64,000 bases of DNA from Octopus sinensis (GCF_006345805.1 NC_042997.1:47430001-47494000); one strand, 5' to 3'; positions 41,804 to 55,408 are shown, counted from the stretch's first letter. Numbers and translations: made by a program. The notes: generated by a model from the letters alone, not told the origin.

Positions 41804-41894
41804 CACCTTCTACGCCATCCGTCTCTTGTTTGGCAAATGAAGACGACAGATAGTGTGGTTCTTTAAAATTAACTCGGACGATAGCCAGTGTGTC
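41804..41894 (-). CDS. Candidate exon of the minus-strand host gene
   Basis: Acceptor ...acacatgtag, donor GTG|gtaaga, 91 bp, phase 0 to 1: DTLAIVRVNFKEPHYLSSSFAKQETDGVEG. Confidence 0.4.
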
Positions 41895-42377
41895 CTACAT
41901 GTGTATACAGCAGCTTGCCAAAATTATACAAGATTGCAATCCGTAGAAATCGAATGATTATTATAATAGCAACACTGACAATAATGACGATGATGATAAT
42001 GATTATAAAATGAATAATAATAATAATTATATAACATAAGCACACAAAAGCACTGCGATATGACTACATCACACAAAGATACAAACACATACACACATAC
42101 AATATATATATATTTTTTTTTCTAAGCTTATATATATATATATATATATATATAAGCTTAGAAAAGTCTTAGAAAGTCTGTAAAATTGAGACGGTATGCA
42201 ATAGAGATATGATCAATGCCTGAACATTATGAAGATAGTTCTTTGGTAGCGTCTTTCTATCATGTAGATTGAGACATTTTGTCGCACAAATACTAAGATT
42301 GACATTGTTTGAATATATCGAGAGAAAAATTATATATTTTTGTATTGAGAAGACCATTAAAATTACTACTAAGAGCA

Positions 42378-42423
<46 letters not shown>

Positions 42424-44264
42424 GCTGTTGCTGCTACTGCTACTACTACTGCTGCTGCTGCTGCTGCGGCTGCTATATGAAACGTTCTTGTAAGAATAAT
42501 GCTGCATCTAAATCTAAGGACCACCCTAAAGATTTCGACTGACTACTTGTGTTATGACTGTTCCTTCCGGAAAGTATGTGGATTAAACGACAATAAAGCA
42601 ATTACAACTACATCATGTCCAACCACATTTTTCACAAACAACTTTTCAGCTTTTATAACCAACTCTTAGCAAACCTCCATTTAAAAAAAAATGTTAAACG
42701 TAGAAGCACACAGACAGACACATCAGTAACAGACACAAAAGTATTAACTAGACAGCATTCAGTCTTGAATATTTTGTTCTTTTGTATGTCAACATAGCAA
42801 ATAATTCATATAATAGTATAAAATCGTGAATCGGTGTCAGAAGAAGAATATATGACGCACCATTAACCACTTGAATTTATTCTATTCAGAAATACTTTTC
42901 TTTACTTGCCATAATTGTTTCCAGCTAGCTTTTTAATGCATTAAATATGTTAATACTAATCTAACAATTGTTATTTACGTAACGTCTTTGAGGCAAATGT
43001 TCACTAAACAATTTCTACGCCAATGTAGAAGTTTCAGTTCATATTTTGGTGAGTTTACTGAAGTTTTTCATTAAATATAAAACCATTTCAGGTGTTGGCT
43101 GCCTTACTTGCAGATAATTTATCTAAAATTGACCGTATCTGTATTATAATTGCTCTTATTATTAAAATAAGAAAATAGATAATCGTTGAATGCTGACTGT
43201 TACAAACTGGTGAATAAATAGGTTCCCAAATTCGTTTGAGTGTTCGAAGTAAACTCCAGAATTGTTTCTTACAATACTTTTGCCTCATACAGGCATATGA
43301 AACAATCTAATGTTTGACCCACGTAGCACTTCACAATGCTCAACTATTGTTAAAATCTGAGCTTGTTAAACTGCTCCAGCTCGGTCTCATAATCAAGCAG
43401 AGCTACGCTGAAGTGGGTTACAGCTGAGTTAACCCCTTCTTCTTCAAATAGTATATAAAATCTGTTCGTCTACAATTTAACACTGCAAAGTTCCATCGGT
43501 TGTTAGAGTAAGAAATCCTACGTTACCTCAAAGCTAGAGTTGATTTTTAATCGGCAAGAGAAGGCCTACCATTTTGCGTTCAATAATTGCTAAAGTACAT
43601 GTGTGTATTCAATAATAAATTTTATTCGAGCTTTTCAAACCTAGATATACACTGATAAATATTTCCTTTATCGTATATTTATTTATTGTGTATTTACCAC
43701 CCACAGCCATTATATCTATGAATTACAGAAGTCGTTCTGTTTCACATCTGCTCAAAACGATTACGAAGCAACTCCTTATTTAGCAGAAATAAGACAAATT
43801 TTAACATCTTCCGTCTCGATATTAACTTAACGCTTTTGATTGAATATGGACAGAAGAGTCTATAAGCTACGAGCGGTTTCGATCAATTAATTTGCGATTC
43901 ACGATGTGATGAGCATCTTCATAAAGGCGACAGAGAGTTTATCAAAGGAAATTTGGCAGAAATATTGAGCAGGTTGAGTAACTACACAGCACATAGATGA
44001 TTAAACTCCCTATCACTGGCATTTTTATTGTTGGCGATAGTATGATGGTGGTGTGGTGTGATAGCAATAATGGGGTGCTGACGGTGATGAGTAATGGTAG
44101 TACCCATGCGTTTGGTGATGGTACTGTGGTTGCTGCGGGTAGGTTTTATTGTTATAATTAGTGACAGAGAAAATAAGTTTGGTAAGATATACCATTATTG
44201 AATATTAGTAGTTGGATGGTTTTCTATTTTTAATTGCATTGTAGACCTTAACAGAAAATTGTAT

Positions 44265-44668
44265 TGTGGGAAAAGAAGCTTGCTTCCCGACTACATGGTT
44301 CTGGGTTTAGTCCCTATGCGTGGTGGCATCTTGGGTGTCTTCTACTATAACATCGCACCCACCAAAGCCTTATGAGTGGATTTGGTAGATGGAAACTGAA
44401 AGAAGCCCGTCGTATATACATATTATATATATATATACATACATACATACATACATACACACACACATTTATGTATGTGTGTGTCTCTGTTTGTCCTCCA
44501 CCATCACTTGACAACCGACGTAGGTATGTTTGTGGCCCTGTAACGTAGCGGTTAGGCAAATGTTAGCAATAGAAAAAGTACAGTTCGAAGCAACTATATA
44601 AAATTATATATAATTATATAAATATATCAAATTTATTATATATATATATATAATATATTATATATATT

Positions 44669-44704
<36 letters not shown>

Positions 44705-44947
44705 AAAGTATGTGCATGTGTGTTTGCGTGAGGGAGAGAAGAGAGAGAAAGTCTTGTGTTTATATCTTCCTGCTTGAAAATTGGCGTTGGTATCTTCATC
44801 TTTCCGTAACGTATCGGTTCAGCAAAAGGGGTCGATAAAATAAGAAGTTAGATAAAAAAAAAATCACTGGGGTCGATTCCTTCGACTAAAATCCTCCAAG
44901 GCGTTGTCCCAGCATGGCCGCATTTATTAGGCTGAAAAGAGTAAAAG
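44265..44947 (+). mobile_element. Diverged SINE family A copy plus a second tail fragment separated by microsatellites
   Basis: gagtggatttggtagatggaaactgaaagaagcccgtcg at about 44375; the tail ggggtcgattccttcgactaa...cagcatggccgc...aaagagtaaaaga at about 44870-44947. Confidence 0.75.
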
Positions 44948-45088
44948 ACATGCATGCATACACACAAACTCACACACGTATGAGGTAGTTTTTGTGAAGC
45001 ATTACACAACTACATTCTCTCTCTCCTCTCTCTCTCTCTATCTATATATATATATATATATATCTATATATATATATATAAATATATG

Positions 45089-45118
<30 letters not shown>

Positions 45119-45119
<1 letters not shown>

Positions 45120-45399
45120 CTTTATATATAAAGTAAGTTGTGCGCCTGTCTACTTCCCGATTTAGATCCTAACTACTCCCACATTTTGCGGTGCAGTTTA
45201 ACCAAAACCGGGTATCTTATAGTCGTGATTCATATCGAGCCCTTCTGGGTATTAGCGCGCGTCTACGATGAGTCTACGATTTAAAAAAATTACCATCATA
45301 TTTTTTCCATTTTTAATGCATTTTTTGCTACATCTCTCTAAAAATGCTTATATAGTTTATTTCCCTTACAAACCCGAGCAACGCGGGCGATACTGCTAG
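45119..45399 (+). mobile_element. Non-autonomous Helitron (281 bp)
   Basis: A|TCTTTATATATAAAG ... cccgagcaacgcgggc gatactgCTAG|T. The 3' end is nearly the same as 33650-34035 but the interior is different. Confidence 0.82.
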
Positions 45400-45483
45400 T
45401 ATATTTATAATATATAAATATATATATAATATATATAAATCTTGCACAACAATATTTAAACGTACTATATATGTATATATATA

Positions 45484-45553
<70 letters not shown>

Positions 45554-46614
45554 CATATTCCGCCATTACTTCCATTAATATTGTGCTATATCAAACTCCT
45601 GCTCTTCGTCCATGTAAAATAAGCAAAGTGGAGTTGTCTTATTACTTTCTTCTTGAATGACCACTCATATAGCTGCAGCTGCTCTCAGCGCCTACTCATT
45701 GTACTTTTGCTGTGCTTGTAGAAAATGACAATAACTAACTGAATGGTTTCCCCATGTTCTAACTTTCTTTTTCACTTCCTTTTCATACACTCTTTTCTTC
45801 TTTAAATTAAGCTACGACAAGCGCTTACATTTGTTCCTCAGTATAGGCACACACACCACACTCGTATATATGTGTATGTGTGTGTTTACATTATATATGT
45901 ATATGTGCATATATATATATGTACATATATATGTATTCATATATATACGTACACATTCGCATACACATATACACCCAAGTACATAGATAAGCTGACTCGC
46001 ACAAGCGTGAGTGTGTTTGTATGTGTGTGCGTACCTGTGTCTGTGCATGTGTATGTGTGTGTGTATGTGTATGTGTTTGTGTGTGTGTGCGTGTGTGCGT
46101 GTATGTTGTTTGTAATTTAAAGTTTTAGTTTCTGTTTTGTAAAGCATCGACGGACTAAATTGTGCGACTACAAAAGGAAAGCAAAATTCTTCCTTTGTCC
46201 TCTTTACGTCATTGTATTCTTAGTGAATAAATTATCTTTATAATTGTATGCTTCTGCCGTTACTATTTCTAGCCACTATTGTCGCTATCGATGACGAAGT
46301 TTATTTATTTATTCATTCATTCATTCATTTGTTTATTTATTTATTTATTGGCTAACCTCTTCAGGACACCATGAAATGAAAATATTTGTTCCTATTTTCT
46401 ATTTGTTTTTCTTTTTATGCCTGTGAGTGTCCTTCATCCTATTTTATATTGTTAGCTTGCTTTACCTTCTCACAATACATACATATGCTTTGTTCAATTC
46501 CTTACATGAAGTACTATAGTCAGAATGTGTCTATGCAGCGATCGAACATTTCCTTCTCTACTAAATTCCGTGGCTAATTCGTGCCCCTGTGCACACGCAA
46601 GCGACTGGATTTTT

Positions 46615-46888
46615 CTTTCTTTTGCTCAGTTAGGCATCTGCTTTCCCGGTTTCATTGGCGCATAGGTTCCCCACCAGTCCGTCGCAGGTGAGCTGCTAGA
46701 TGCAGGAAGAAAGAGTGAAAGAAAGTTGTGGTGAAAGAGTCAGCAGAGGTTTGCCATCACCATCTGCCGGAGCCGCGTAGAGCTTAGGTGTTTCACTCAT
46801 AAACACACACATCTCCCAGTCTAAAATTCGAACCCGCGATCCCTCGACCGCGAGTCTGCTGCTCTTCCACTAAGCCATGTGTCTCTAC
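46615..46888 (-). mobile_element. tRNA-derived SINE, fourth family
   Basis: Minus-strand head ggcttagtggaagagcagcagactcgcggtcgagggatcgcgggttcgaat (A box, tRNA-like arms, B box), with tail ...ccaatgaaaccgggaaagcagatgcc. Confidence 0.8.
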
Positions 46889-47114
46889 CCAGATGCCTAG
46901 AATAGATATCGTTTTGTAGAAGGTCATTATGCGGCGAATCGTGTTCTTGTAGAACAATTACTTGAGGTCGTTTCGGATCCCGTTGAAGTCATTTCAATCA
47001 ATCTCAATACCGCATGCGTTTACGATTGGAAATGGCAGTTATATATCACGAAATATTTCTACAAAGGAAGAGCGAAGAAATTATATTTATTGTTGATTAA
47101 AATGTGTTAAATAT

Positions 47115-47345
47115 ATTTCTTTATTACACACAAGGGGCTAAACATAGAGGGGGCAAACAAGGACATACAAAGGTATTAAGTCGATTACATCGACCCCAGT
47201 GCGTAACTGGTGCTTAATTTATTGATCCCGAAAGGATGAAAGGCAAAGTCAACCTCGGCGGAATTTGAACTCAGAACGTAACGGCAGACGAAATACTGCT
47301 AAGCATCTCGCCCGACGTGCTAACGTTTCTGTCAGCTCGCCACCT
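47115..47345 (-). mobile_element. SINE family B monomer
   Basis: High identity to the units at 8590-8997 and 60050-60270. Confidence 0.92.
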
Positions 47346-48010
47346 TTAAAATGTGTTAAATAGTCGTCTCATAGAAGCATAAATCGCAATGATATTTGGA
47401 ATTCTGACAGTAGAGTTTTTCTAGAATTAGCAAGGATGTACGTGTACGTGCGTGTGTGTGTGTATGTGTTTATGCGGATATAATATATGTTTGCAAATAT
47501 ATGTTTGAGAAAATTCATATCACCATAATCAGTCATATTACTTTATGAAATGTGAGCTTTCAATATTCCTTGCAAGAGCAATTGTGCGATTAGGAATAAT
47601 ATATTTCTATATTACCGTAGAAAGCATAATTAATGGGGCGACAATTATCCCTTCAGTTCCTGTTGCAGAGTATTCCTAGTGGAAAAACTACTGCTAAAAG
47701 ATATTTACTATGCATCATGGTTGTCACTTTAAGGTTCCCTTAATTTAGCTCCTCATTTTGGGAATGATTGAATGTTTTTAACAATTCTCCTCTTTCAACG
47801 AATCATTTTGTTTTGCGTTAACAGTTAATGCTCAGCCGCTTTTCATTACGTTTAATGCAGTCGATATACCATTTAGCTGCTTTCCCCTCTAATAACGTTT
47901 CTTCTTAACCTTCCTTCACTCTCGATCCACTCCTCATTTCATCAGTTTCATTATGCATCGAAGAATACGGAGAATTATATAGACACGTATGCAGTTGCAT
48001 ATATTTATAC

Positions 48011-48059
<49 letters not shown>

Positions 48060-48432
48060 GTTACATGTATGCACTTAACAGCAAACACGAGAACAAACGT
48101 GGCCAAAATATTATATTTCATACACACACACACACACACATCCTACTCAATATGCATGCATGTAGGTATATATATATAATCCATATATCCAATACATTAT
48201 ATATAATACTCAATACACACCCCACACACACACACACACATATATATTATATATATATTATATAATATATGCACACACACAACATATATGTGCCTGCATG
48301 CAGTCATTGAAAAATTATCATGAATGCATATTGAGTACATATAATAGTGTAAGTAATATATGATATATATGCATATATACATACGTATATGTACATACTT
48401 ACGTCTATACATATATATAAATATATATATGC

Positions 48433-48754
48433 ATATGTGGGCACACACAGGACGTCATGAAACGTGTACAACAAAAACATACGAAATACCCTTACATGGA
48501 ATATGAAATATTTTTCGAACAACGGCGGACACAAATGGAAAGCGAGACAAACAACGTAAAGAACGACCCTTCATCAGTTGTTGGCTGTTAAATAAGAAAG
48601 TAGAAAAACAGCCAACAAATGATGAAGGGTCGTTCTTTACGTTGCTTGTCTCGCTTCCATTTGTGTCCGTCGTTGTTCTAAATAAACAGTTCATAATGCA
48701 TTTACTCGTCGTACACGTTCCATGATGTCCTGTACCCACATAATGCCCACATAT
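48433..48754. repeat. Inverted (tail-to-tail) pair of family E repeats
   Basis: Inner arms 48517-48589 and 48607-48678 are near-perfect reverse complements around a 17-nt spacer. The outer ends tatgtggg..caggac.tcatg.aacgtgtac also mirror each other. Both sides are flanked by (TA)-rich tracts. Confidence 0.85.
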
Positions 48755-48810
48755 ATATATATATATATGTATGCATAATATATATATATTATATATATAA
48801 TATATATATC

Positions 48811-48841
<31 letters not shown>

Positions 48842-48846
48842 GTATG

Positions 48847-48880
<34 letters not shown>

Positions 48881-48896
48881 GTATATATATATGTAG

Positions 48897-48928
<32 letters not shown>

Positions 48929-49100
48929 TATATATATACATATATGTATGTATATATATGTATTTATATATATGTTATATATATGTATATATGTATCTAT
49001 ATATATTTATATATATATATATAATAGTATATATATATATATATAGTTTAAATATTTGTTGTGCAAGATTTTTTATGTGAAGTCGTGTGTTTGAAACAGA

Positions 49101-49362
49101 TATTGTTATATTTCGGAATGGTCATATTGCCAGTTTAGCCAATAAAAAGACAAGCACTATATATTTGGTGTTATTTTGCTTCAGTGATATTTATTTTTTA
49201 CATTACTGATGCGGTCACAGGAGTGTGACGAAAGAACTTTGGCCGAATTAGATTAAGATTAATGTAAAAAATAAATATCACTGAAGCAAAATAACACCAA
49301 ATATATAGTGCATGTGTTTTTATTGCTAAACTGGCAATATGACCATTCCGAATATAACAATA
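49101..49362. repeat. About 105-bp inverted repeat with a 54-bp spacer
   Basis: 49101-49205 versus 49260-49362 are near-perfect reverse complements. The spacer is ctgatgcggtcacaggagtgtgacgaaagaactttggccgaattagattaagat. Confidence 0.9.
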
Positions 49363-49519
49363 TATATATATATTTATGTATATATGTACTTCCATATATA
49401 TATATATATATATATATATTATTATATATATATATATATATATTCGTTTTTCGTTTTTCTTCTTTCAGCTCAGAGATGCGGCCATGCTGATGCGCATATA
49501 CATATATCTTTACTATCTT

Positions 49520-49895
49520 TTACTCTTTCACTTGTTTCAGTCATTTGACTGCAGCCATGCTGGAGCACCGATTTTAATCGAGCAAATCGAACCCCGGCCT
49601 TATGCTTTCTAGTACTTATTCTATCGCTTCTTTTGCCGAACCGCTAAGTTACGGGGATGTAAACACACCAGTATCGGTTGTCAAGCGAATTTGGGGGATA
49701 CACAAACATACACACACATATATATATATATACAAGTACATATATACGACGGGCTTCTTTCAGTTTCCGTCTACCAAATCCCCTCTCATGGTTTTGGTCG
49801 AGCCGACACTATAGTAGAAGACACTTGCCCAAGGTGCCATGCAGTGGGACTGAACCCATGCGGTTGGTAAGCAAGCTACTTACTACACAGCCACA
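49520..49895 (-). mobile_element. SINE family A
   Basis: Homologous to 21185-21590. Confidence 0.9.
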
Positions 49896-49947
49896 TTATT
49901 TATACTATCATGTGATTGAACACCACGCATCCTCTCCCGAGAAAGTG

Positions 49948-50006
<59 letters not shown>

Positions 50007-50011
50007 ATCTA

Positions 50012-50098
<87 letters not shown>

Positions 50099-50133
50099 CT
50101 ACATATATACATATACATATACATATATATAAT

Positions 50134-50203
<70 letters not shown>

Positions 50204-51139
50204 GGATAGTTAGATAGATAGACAGACAGATAGATATATAAATAGAGAGAAAGAGAGATAGTGAGAGAGACATGTATGTAAGTATGAATGCATGCGTGTA
50301 CTATGTATGTATGTATGTATGTATGTATGTATGTATGTATGTATGTATGTATGTATGTATACATGTTTGTTTGTATGTATGTATACATGTTTGTATGTAT
50401 GTATGTATACATGTATGTATTGGAGGTGATTGTGTTTGTGTAAGTATGAATGAAAGTACGTGCGTGAACATGTGTTTAATCTCTCATATTACTGAAAACT
50501 TAAGGGAGAGATGTTAAGCTCATCACGTTCCAAATTTTGGAAAGGGATTGTATTAACAAACGCTGTGTACATTGTCGTTTTCAAATAGTCTTTTCTTTCT
50601 GTTTTCTTCTTCCAAGAACTTGTCCAAAATTACACTAAATCTCCAAAAAGTGGACACATCCACAGAACAATGTCAGTGACACTGTTTACTTTCGTGCGCC
50701 ATTCTTTCTGACAATACAGATGCCGCTTCACATTTCTCTTGCTTCTTTAGTCTGTTGACCCATTTCGATAGCTCGAGGACACTTCGCAATCAGATGCAAT
50801 ATAAACAAATGCGGAATAATAATAATCGTATTATTGGATATTCCTTTTATTTAATGATGCACAAGCAATAAAATTGAAGAAACGTTGAAGGATAATTTTT
50901 TTTATTGTTATATTTTGAAAGAAACCGATTATCTTTTCGCGAGACGTATTTCTCTTACGAAACTTACTCCGGGGCAATCGGTCACCAAGCGGTCAGAATG
51001 CAGCTTTTTGGTTAACGGCAATATTAAAGATCAATATCTGTGTGGGCATATGTGTGTGTGTATGCGAGCGAGTGTGTATCTGGGGCTGGGGCTGAGAGTA
51101 CACCCACTCGCATATTGCGTTAGTGGGTACACTTATTAT

Positions 51140-51163
51140 AACGATGATAATAATGACGATAGT

Positions 51164-51229
<66 letters not shown>

Positions 51230-51231
51230 CA

Positions 51232-51281
<50 letters not shown>

Positions 51282-51375
51282 GTAATAATAATAACAATGT
51301 AAATAGAAATAATAAGGGTAAAAATGGTAGACGTAACAGAAATAATAATAGTAATAATAATAATATTATAAAGAT
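51140..51375. repeat. (TAA)n microsatellite
   Basis: Seen directly in the sequence. Confidence 0.95.
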
Positions 51376-51726
51376 TATGCAGGATATTGCACGTCACATT
51401 ATTTTTATTATTAGATCAGGTGTGGTAATTATTTTTTTCTTTATTACAGCTTTATATCTGTTTGACAGCTTCATACCAAAGATAAATATATCGTAAGTCA
51501 TATGTTGTGCGTATATTAACTAAAATTAGCTATATCCATACACATTTAGATAAAGTTTTTAAGAGAATGAAACACGAAAATAGTGTCATAGGCCTAATAT
51601 AAACTTTAATTTATATATTAATATATTAATATATATATATATATATATATGTTTATGTTTTTATGTTTTCCAGTTTCAGATCTTGAGCTGTGTCCATGCT
51701 GGGGCACCGCCATTATATATATATAT

Positions 51727-51931
51727 GTGACCTCGTGTGTACCGTTGGCGATTTTTTTTTCCTCTGTCTTCCCTTCTCGGGATCTTTCCTTCTCCTATGC
51801 TTCCGACGAAGAGCTCCGCTCGAAACGTTAAATCCTCCTTCTTTCTTTCTTTCCTGAGCGTCCAATAATACTATATTTATTCTACGTCCTCGCGTTGTTG
51901 TGTTTTTTTGTGCTTTTTTGTTTGGATTAAC
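51727..51931 (+). repeat. Repeat family D with a minimal hammerhead motif (51799-51833)
   Basis: GCUU CCGACGA AGAGC-UCC-GCUC GAA ACGU U AAAU. Both flanks are (TA)n. Confidence 0.8.
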
Positions 51932-52620
51932 TATATATATATATGCATGAATTTTATACTATTGGGTCGATTTCTTCGACTAACATGCGGTGCTCCAGCA
52001 TGACCGCAATCAAATGACTAAAACAAGTAAAAGAATAGTAACAATATAAGTACCAGGTATCTTGTTGTGTCTATACGTGAACAGATATACATATATAAGA
52101 TAAGGAAATAATTCCTTCAAAGGGGTGATTTCTTTCGACTTATATACATTTTTTTTTACATATAAACAATTCTTTCATATATATAAGGGGATTGTTTATA
52201 TATCAAAAAAATTTTTACAAATGCATTTAAGTCGAAACAAATTGTTGCCCTTTTTTTGGTGTTTTAATAATTGTTTAAGTTATATTATATTCATAGTGTA
52301 TTGTTATATTATAATGGAAATAAATTATTGGATTGTCAATTGTATATCTCCATATAATTTTATCTATCTATCTATCTATCTATCCATATGTGTATATATG
52401 TATATATATATGTATATACATACATACATATATTATATATATATATATAATATATATTATATATATATGTATAAAATTCAAAATGGCTGAAAACTACCAT
52501 CAGGCTTGAAACGAATTTCATGGAAACTGTTTTGATGCATACATGTAACTTCCAATAAATGTGTTGGGAGCCCTTCTCTCGTTCGTCTACGCATTCATAT
52601 GTGTGTGTATGTGTGTATGT

Positions 52621-52662
<42 letters not shown>

Positions 52663-53765
52663 TGTATACATATAATTTTTGTATAACATGTTCATTTGGT
52701 TATGAAATGAGTGCACCCAATAGAAAAAATAAACATACTGATAAGACTTATGGCAATCCCCAACAATATTTTATCCAACTATTTTGTTGATGTTATTATT
52801 ATTATATTTCTTCAGCCAGTCGGGAACTTTTAGTCAGCCAGAAATATCCGGTTGCTGCATATAATGGGTATCATTATATCCTACACGAGTGCATTTAGTC
52901 CCCTTTCTGTGAGTATGACAACAACAACAAAATAAAAGAAAAAGTAAAGATAGAATCGATGCAGAAGTTCAAAGACAGCGTAATGTCTGCGATTACAAAT
53001 CACGAGAATTTCCATTTGCCCACAGTACCTTCTACAGGAAGCATAAAACATAGTCATTGAAACACAAAAATCAAAGCTCCCGCCTTCCGCTACAGAAGTG
53101 AATATATCTACAAACATATACTCGCATATGCATACATAGAGAAATACATATATACAGCCATACATCCATACATACATACATATATACATACATGTGTGCG
53201 TATGTATGAGTGCGTGTGAGCTTCTGTGTGTGTGTGCGTGCTTATATGTGTGGATATGTGTGTGTCGCTCTGTCTGTACATAAACACGCAATCATGTGTG
53301 TAGAAACATTCACACACACAGGAATATAGATAGATATATGTTTATTCGCTAGAACATATGTAAATGGATATGCATTAAAGGACGTGCCAGAGCCATTTTG
53401 AAATCTGTGATGAAAGAGATTTAATTTAATTTCACATTGACGAAACAGGTTGTGCAAGATGATTCGAATACTTCCTTTTCAGGATGAATTTGAACAAAAG
53501 CAAATCTATAGAGCCGTATACAATTTTCTACGTAGTTTTTCTTTCGTTTCTGAACGAAGGAAGCGAATCGCATTTACCACTGACGGATACTAAACAATGT
53601 TGATTTTAAGAAAACTTATTTTGTACAGAGAACCACAAAAATCATATGAATAGTCCAGCCTCCCGGATGATGGAAATGGTTGAACGATACTCATCTGTAG
53701 GGGAAGAGAAAACTTATACGTATTCACACGATAGCTAGCACACAACGTCATACATACATACATAA

Positions 53766-53823
<58 letters not shown>

Positions 53824-54648
53824 ATATTATATAATCTGAGTGTGTATATGTGTGTGTGTTTATACGCTGACATAAATATACGTGCTTTTATATATGCATA
53901 TATACACGCATAATTTCATTCAAATGAATGTAAATAATATGCACATATACATTTGTACATGTATATATATACTTGCATATAAGTATATATAGTTTAATAT
54001 CAAATGACTAACATAAGAAATCTGGCTCATTGAATACAGACAATCATAATAATATTGTAACCATTGCATTGAACTGTTATGGAAAGAATTTTTCAATTCC
54101 ATGTAAGTACCATAGTTCTGGTGAAAGGGTTGGAAAAAGATCTTCTAGAAAGCTTTCAGGCAGTTTAACTGGGTACACGTGGGCCCGCAACTGTATGTCA
54201 ACACCACCCAAGGAAAAGATGCACTGAAATACTTCTAATTAATCGTCTTCGTTTCAATTAAATTTTTTCGACTATTATAATACTGCTGGAAGCGATATTA
54301 TGTCGAAATCAGCGAAAAACAAAAGTAACAATCGTACATATATACATATATGCCAGTGCATGCACGTAAATATAACAGTAAAGGAATATAGAATATAATC
54401 CAATGCCATACATGCATACGCGCGCGCACAAACACACACAAACATATGTGTGCATCTGTGTTTGTGTGTGTGCGTGTGTAAAACAAAAGAATTCTCCGAC
54501 GTGCAGGCAAACATGAACAGTTTCCGCGTACCAAATTTACTTCACATGGGTTTTATTGACTTATCGTTATGTTAAAGATAACTGGTTCAAGATTCATTAA
54601 ACTACAAGAGGAAGCATTATGAGCATACGAATATTTATATATATATAT

Positions 54649-54850
54649 GTGACCTCGTGTGTACCGTTGGCGATTTTATTTCCTCTGTCTTCCCGTCTCT
54701 GGATCTTTCCTTCTCCTATGTTTCCGACGAAGAGCTCCACTCGAAACGTTAAACCCTTCTTCTTTCCTTCTTTCCTGAGCGTCCAATAATATTATATTTG
54801 TTCCACGTCCTCGCGTTGTTGTGTTTTTTTGTGCTTTCTTGTTTGGATTA

Positions 54851-54852
<2 letters not shown>
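54649..54852 (+). repeat. Repeat family D with a minimal hammerhead motif (54720-54754)
   Basis: GUUU CCGACGA AGAG-CUCCA-CUC GAA ACGU U AAAC, with stem I GUUU/AAAC. Highly similar to 51727-51931; both flanks are (TA)n. Confidence 0.8.
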
Positions 54853-54935
<83 letters not shown>

Positions 54936-54999
54936 CTATATATTATATATATATTATATATATATATTATATATATATATATAATATATATATATATTC

Positions 55000-55325
55000 G
55001 TGAAGACGCGTGGCCTAGTGGTTAGAGTATTTCGCTGACGATCGTAAGGTCGTCAGTTCCATTCCTGTTGACGCGGTGTGTCCTTGAGCAAGACACTTTA
55101 TTTCCCGTTGCTCCAGTCCACTCAGCTGGCAAAAAATGAGTAGTACCTGTATTTCAAAGGGTCAGCTTATCACACTCTGTGTATCACGCTGAATCTCCAT
55201 GGGAACTACGTTAAGAGTACACGGGACAATGGAGTGCTCAGCCACTTGCAGTTTCATATCACGAGTAAGCTGTTCCGTTATCGTATCAGCTAGGACCCTC
55301 GTCGTAGTTAACGACGGAATGCTCC
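55000..55325 (+). mobile_element. tRNA-derived SINE, family C (full length)
   Basis: Head gcgtggcctagtggttagagtatt...cagttccattcc, then gtgtccttgagcaagacac...ttgctccagtccactcagctggc..., and tail ...cctcgtcgtagttaacgacggaatgc. Confidence 0.88.
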
Positions 55326-55350
55326 TATATGTATATATATGTGTGTATAT

Positions 55351-55408
<58 letters not shown>

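Noticed and set aside
46800-46888. Possible tRNA gene (also at 55000-55075 and the SINE A heads)
   Set aside because: The tRNA-like heads lack a complete acceptor stem and continue into SINE bodies.
46955-47010. GAAAC-containing segment resembling a hammerhead 3' half (minus strand)
   Set aside because: No CUGANGA or closable helices could be drawn.
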